Source: Nitrosopumilaceae archaeon (GTDB lineage Archaea; Thermoproteota; Nitrososphaeria; Nitrososphaerales; Nitrosopumilaceae). Taken from it: a stretch of DNA of 64,000 nt. Under the pieces are notes generated by a model. That model ran no database searches. It was not told the origin of the DNA and worked only from the letters and a program-made list of their open reading frames with translations. The stretch covers positions 384,001 to 448,000 of the forward strand of contig CBDATR010000024.1 of NCBI GenBank assembly GCA_965200155.1, given 5' to 3'. Below, one piece after another: positions 61,131 to 64,000 of the stretch. The translations under genes and the position numbers were made by a program. How positions within the stretch are numbered: position 1 is the first letter of the stretch; every line of letters begins with the position of its first letter.

Positions 61131-62077
61131 TCCCCCCTACCGCCCTCGCGTATCTGGTAGCCCGTATATGACATGAAAACATCATCCATGGTGGGTTTGC
61201 TGACAGATATGGAACGAATTACCATGCCGGAAGCGGCAGCTGCCTTGAACATGTCAGGCACTATAGCCGCACCATTATGCGCATGAACCGTAATGACACC
61301 ATCATGAGATGATACGGACTTTATCCCATCAAGAGTCGTAATGGAGTCCGCCAGGCCAGAAGCGCGTTCACCCACATCTATAACAATACTCTCATCTCCC
61401 AAGGCTTTCTTCATGGCGGCAGGCTCGCCGACGGCATGAATCTTTCCCTCGTCCAGTATTCCTATGCGATCACACAGCATGTCCGCCTCCTCCATGTAGT
61501 GGGTGGACACAAAGACGGTACTGTGATAGTCATCCCGTATGCTCTTAATGTGCTCCCAGATGCGCCGCCTGGTCTGTATATCCAGGCCCACCGTCGGCTC
61601 GTCCAGGAACAGGACACGGGGCCTGTGCAGTAAACCGCAGGCTATATCCAGGCGCTTTTTCATTCCTCCCGAGTAGGTGACCGCGGCATCATGCTGCCTG
61701 TCTGCCAATCCCGTTGACTCCAGTAAGTCGTCTATGCGACGGGTAGCCGTATCCTTGTCCACACGGCTCAGCCTTGCCTGCAGATACAGGTTCTCCCGGC
61801 CCGTCATGTACTCGTCTATGGCGCTCTCCTGCTGTACGAACCCAATATTGCGGCGAACCTCCGCTGGTTTCTCGGTCACCTCGTAACCGGCCACAGAGGC
61901 AGTGCCGGATGTGGGCTTTAGAAGAGTGGTCAGTATCATCATGGTAGTACTCTTACCGGCGCCATTGGAGCCCAGAAATCCGAATATCTCTGCATCCCGC
62001 ACCTCAAATGTGGTATTCACAAGTGACGGTATCTCCCCAAAGGACTTGCACAGGGAACGGGCCTCTATGGCATTCAT
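61127..62077 (-). CDS. ABC transporter ATP-binding protein (DrrA-like)
   Basis: GSNGAGKST, YSGGMKKR, LFLDEPT; start 62077 avoids overlap with the tRNA. Confidence 0.92.
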   Translation of the reverse strand: MNAIEARSLCKSFGEIPSLVNTTFEVRDAEIFGFLGSNGAGKSTTMMILTTLLKPTSGTASVAGYEVTEKPAEVRRNIGFVQQESAIDEYMTGRENLYLQARLSRVDKDTATRRIDDLLESTGLADRQHDAAVTYSGGMKKRLDIACGLLHRPRVLFLDEPTVGLDIQTRRRIWEHIKSIRDDYHSTVFVSTHYMEEADMLCDRIGILDEGKIHAVGEPAAMKKALGDESIVIDVGERASGLADSITTLDGIKSVSSHDGVITVHAHNGAAIVPDMFKAAAASGMVIRSISVSKPTMDDVFMSYTGYQIREGGRGE

Positions 62078-62118
62078 ATCAGGAATGTGTTTGACGTGAA
62101 TTATTAATTCATGGTATA

Positions 62119-62193
62119 CGAGCCCGAAGGGCTTCGATCCCTCGACCACTGGATTAGAAGTCCAATACTCTGTCCAAACTGAGCTACGGGCTC
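62119..62193 (-). tRNA. tRNA-Arg(TCT)
   Basis: Reverse complement GAGCCCGTAGCTCAG...CT-TCT-AA...GATCGAAG..CGGGCTCG. Confidence 0.92.
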
Positions 62194-62209
62194 AAGCTCA
62201 CAAAGAGTA

Positions 62210-63031
62210 CTACCACTTTAAGGGTTTTGAGGAATCATCCCGTGCCGCCTTGAACATGTACTGCTGCGCGTATCCCGCATACTCCCCCAATCGCCCCACT
62301 ATTTCATTGTGTAGTTGTGTATACCTGTTCTTGGTAACAGGGGGGCTGCCATCACCTATTCCGTACATGTCGTGAATGACTCGCGCTATCCACCTATCCA
62401 GTGGTATTGCTTCCAGAAAGTCAAGAGAGAACAGCATTATGCAGTCGGCCACCTTGTCGCCCACTCCCGGTATTACATCGCACAGGTATGCGCGCGCCTC
62501 AGGGTATGGCATGGAACGTATGGAATCAATATCCAGGCTCTGCGCAATTTCGGCTGCCCCCCGTATGTACGGGGAGCGATACCCCGTGCCGCAATCCCAT
62601 ATATCCCGGATTTGCGCGGAAGCCAGACTGGCGGGATCGGGAAATGTATGAAATGCCATACCATCATACTCTAGGGGGCGCCCAAATTTCTCGCATAAAC
62701 GGAACAGGCTTCTGCGTATTCGCGGTATGTTGGAGTTGGCAGATACGATAAATGATATCATGCACTGGAAGAAATCCTGCCGCGTTATACGGAGGTACGG
62801 GTATCGATGAACGAGGCCCGCCAGTACGGGATCCCCCAACAATGATTCATGTATGTTATCCCTGTCATCACTATCGCGAAAAAAATCCGGAACCACTCCC
62901 CCACTGGAGTACATGCCGCCGTTCTTATCTACCCTGATTATTATGGATCCGTCTATGCCGTACCAAGAATCATTGTGTTTTTCCCACAAAAAGACCTGCC
63001 CGCTAAGTATTGTATCATCAGGATGTGTCAA
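62210..63031 (-). CDS. 8-oxoguanine DNA glycosylase (OGG1-like HhH-GPD)
   Basis: SGQVFLW, LRITRQD, SANSNIPRI, GYR, PGVGDKVADC..FSL..P.D; start inferred. Confidence 0.88.
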   Translation of the reverse strand: MTHPDDTILSGQVFLWEKHNDSWYGIDGSIIIRVDKNGGMYSSGGVVPDFFRDSDDRDNIHESLLGDPVLAGLVHRYPYLRITRQDFFQCMISFIVSANSNIPRIRRSLFRLCEKFGRPLEYDGMAFHTFPDPASLASAQIRDIWDCGTGYRSPYIRGAAEIAQSLDIDSIRSMPYPEARAYLCDVIPGVGDKVADCIMLFSLDFLEAIPLDRWIARVIHDMYGIGDGSPPVTKNRYTQLHNEIVGRLGEYAGYAQQYMFKAARDDSSKPLKW

Positions 63032-64000
63032 ACTGTCACAGTCTGGCCCAGAGTGGCAGCCTGTGCATCCAGGCCAAACTCCTCGTGTATCTGCTCTGCA
63101 AAGAGGTTGCACGAGTCCAGATCACCGTGTACGGTCAGTACCTTTGGGTCTCCCTGTATGTTTCGCACCATGTCAAAGAGATCACGGCGGTCCGAGTGTC
63201 CGGAGAATTCGAACTGGCGCACAGGAGCTGTAACCTTGTGTTCCTGGCCCCTGTACCAAATGACGCCCGAGTCCAGGAGTCGGCGGCCGGGAGTGTCCTC
63301 ACCCTGGAAGGATACCAGCGCTATGCCATTTCTAGAATCAAAGGCCAGCTCCTGCAAGTAGAATACGGCGTTTCCGCCCACCAGCATACCTGCGGGCGAT
63401 ATCACCACGCAGGGCTCCTCCAGGGCATGGGCCCGTTCCCGATGCCCCCGAATGGACGTAGAGGAATCCATGACACCCCTGAACAGGGAGGGATCCCTGT
63501 GGAAGCTGGGATGATTCAGTATGATATCGTTGACCTTTATGGCCATACCGTCCATTATCATGGGGCGCCGGAATCCCGATGCCCGAAGCACACAGGCCAT
63601 CTCCTGTGCCCGCTCGACAGAGAAGGCCGGTATAAAGAGTGTGCCGCCATTATCTAGTGTCTCGTTGGCAAACTCCACAAGATTCTTCTCAGACTCCTCA
63701 CGGGGTTTCTGGGTACTCTGTGAGTAGGTGCTCTCGGTTATGAGCAGGTCTATCTCGCCTATATCCAGATCCGCCTCCCGGAGTAGTCTGGAGCCGGGTA
63801 TCTTTACGTCTCCCGTATAGAAGAGTCGCCTGCCGCCTGCCTCCATCAGTATGGTTGAGCCCCCCGTGATATGACCGGACTCTCTTAACTCAAAGGATAT
63901 GGGACCGCGCCGGACTTGTTGTCGGTACTCCATATCCCGGGCGTTGCGCATCATGCCGTGCAGCTGGTTCACATCAAAACCGTACTGGTGCGACTTTCTT
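63028..64000 (-). CDS. Beta-CASP metallo-beta-lactamase ribonuclease (5' end outside window)
   Basis: SGHITG, YTGD, ESTYS, PAFSVERAQE, FSGHSD, VHGD. Confidence 0.88.
   Translation of the reverse strand, partial: RKSHQYGFDVNQLHGMMRNARDMEYRQQVRRGPISFELRESGHITGGSTILMEAGGRRLFYTGDVKIPGSRLLREADLDIGEIDLLITESTYSQSTQKPREESEKNLVEFANETLDNGGTLFIPAFSVERAQEMACVLRASGFRRPMIMDGMAIKVNDIILNHPSFHRDPSLFRGVMDSSTSIRGHRERAHALEEPCVVISPAGMLVGGNAVFYLQELAFDSRNGIALVSFQGEDTPGRRLLDSGVIWYRGQEHKVTAPVRQFEFSGHSDRRDLFDMVRNIQGDPKVLTVHGDLDSCNLFAEQIHEEFGLDAQAATLGQTVTV

Overview
Archaeal chromosome segment from an ammonia-oxidising Nitrososphaerota (Nitrosopumilaceae/Cenarchaeum-like). The mobile-element load and large secreted repeat proteins suggest a host-associated lineage, but that is inference. 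The core backbone has RPA, Lhr, argH, priS/priL, aIF5B, ndk, ribosomal proteins, Alba, Rieske/cytochrome b, S-layer protein, cob genes, Tes, SRP RNA, tRNA-Leu and tRNA-Arg. It is overlaid by decaying mobile DNA: 14 copies (plus one degenerate) of a 92-bp MITE with 12-bp TIRs and 8-bp TSDs, three full copies and one end of a defective IS481-like element, and IS5/IS630 scraps. The best leads are (1) a 1.47-kb TnpB/Cas12f-like element bounded by 27-bp terminal inverted repeats with no transposase, (2) three independent 5-6 nt to RGAAC..RTTCT palindromic replacements inside the MITE, (3) a target duplication in inverted orientation showing a MITE-pair-driven deletion-inversion of 3.7 kb, (4) a poly-G11 tract in the signal peptide of an FN3 surface protein, (5) a stand-alone secreted 4xCache protein and (6) a ~120-aa helical insert in the S-layer protein. 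All family assignments come from motif recognition by eye; no searches were run.
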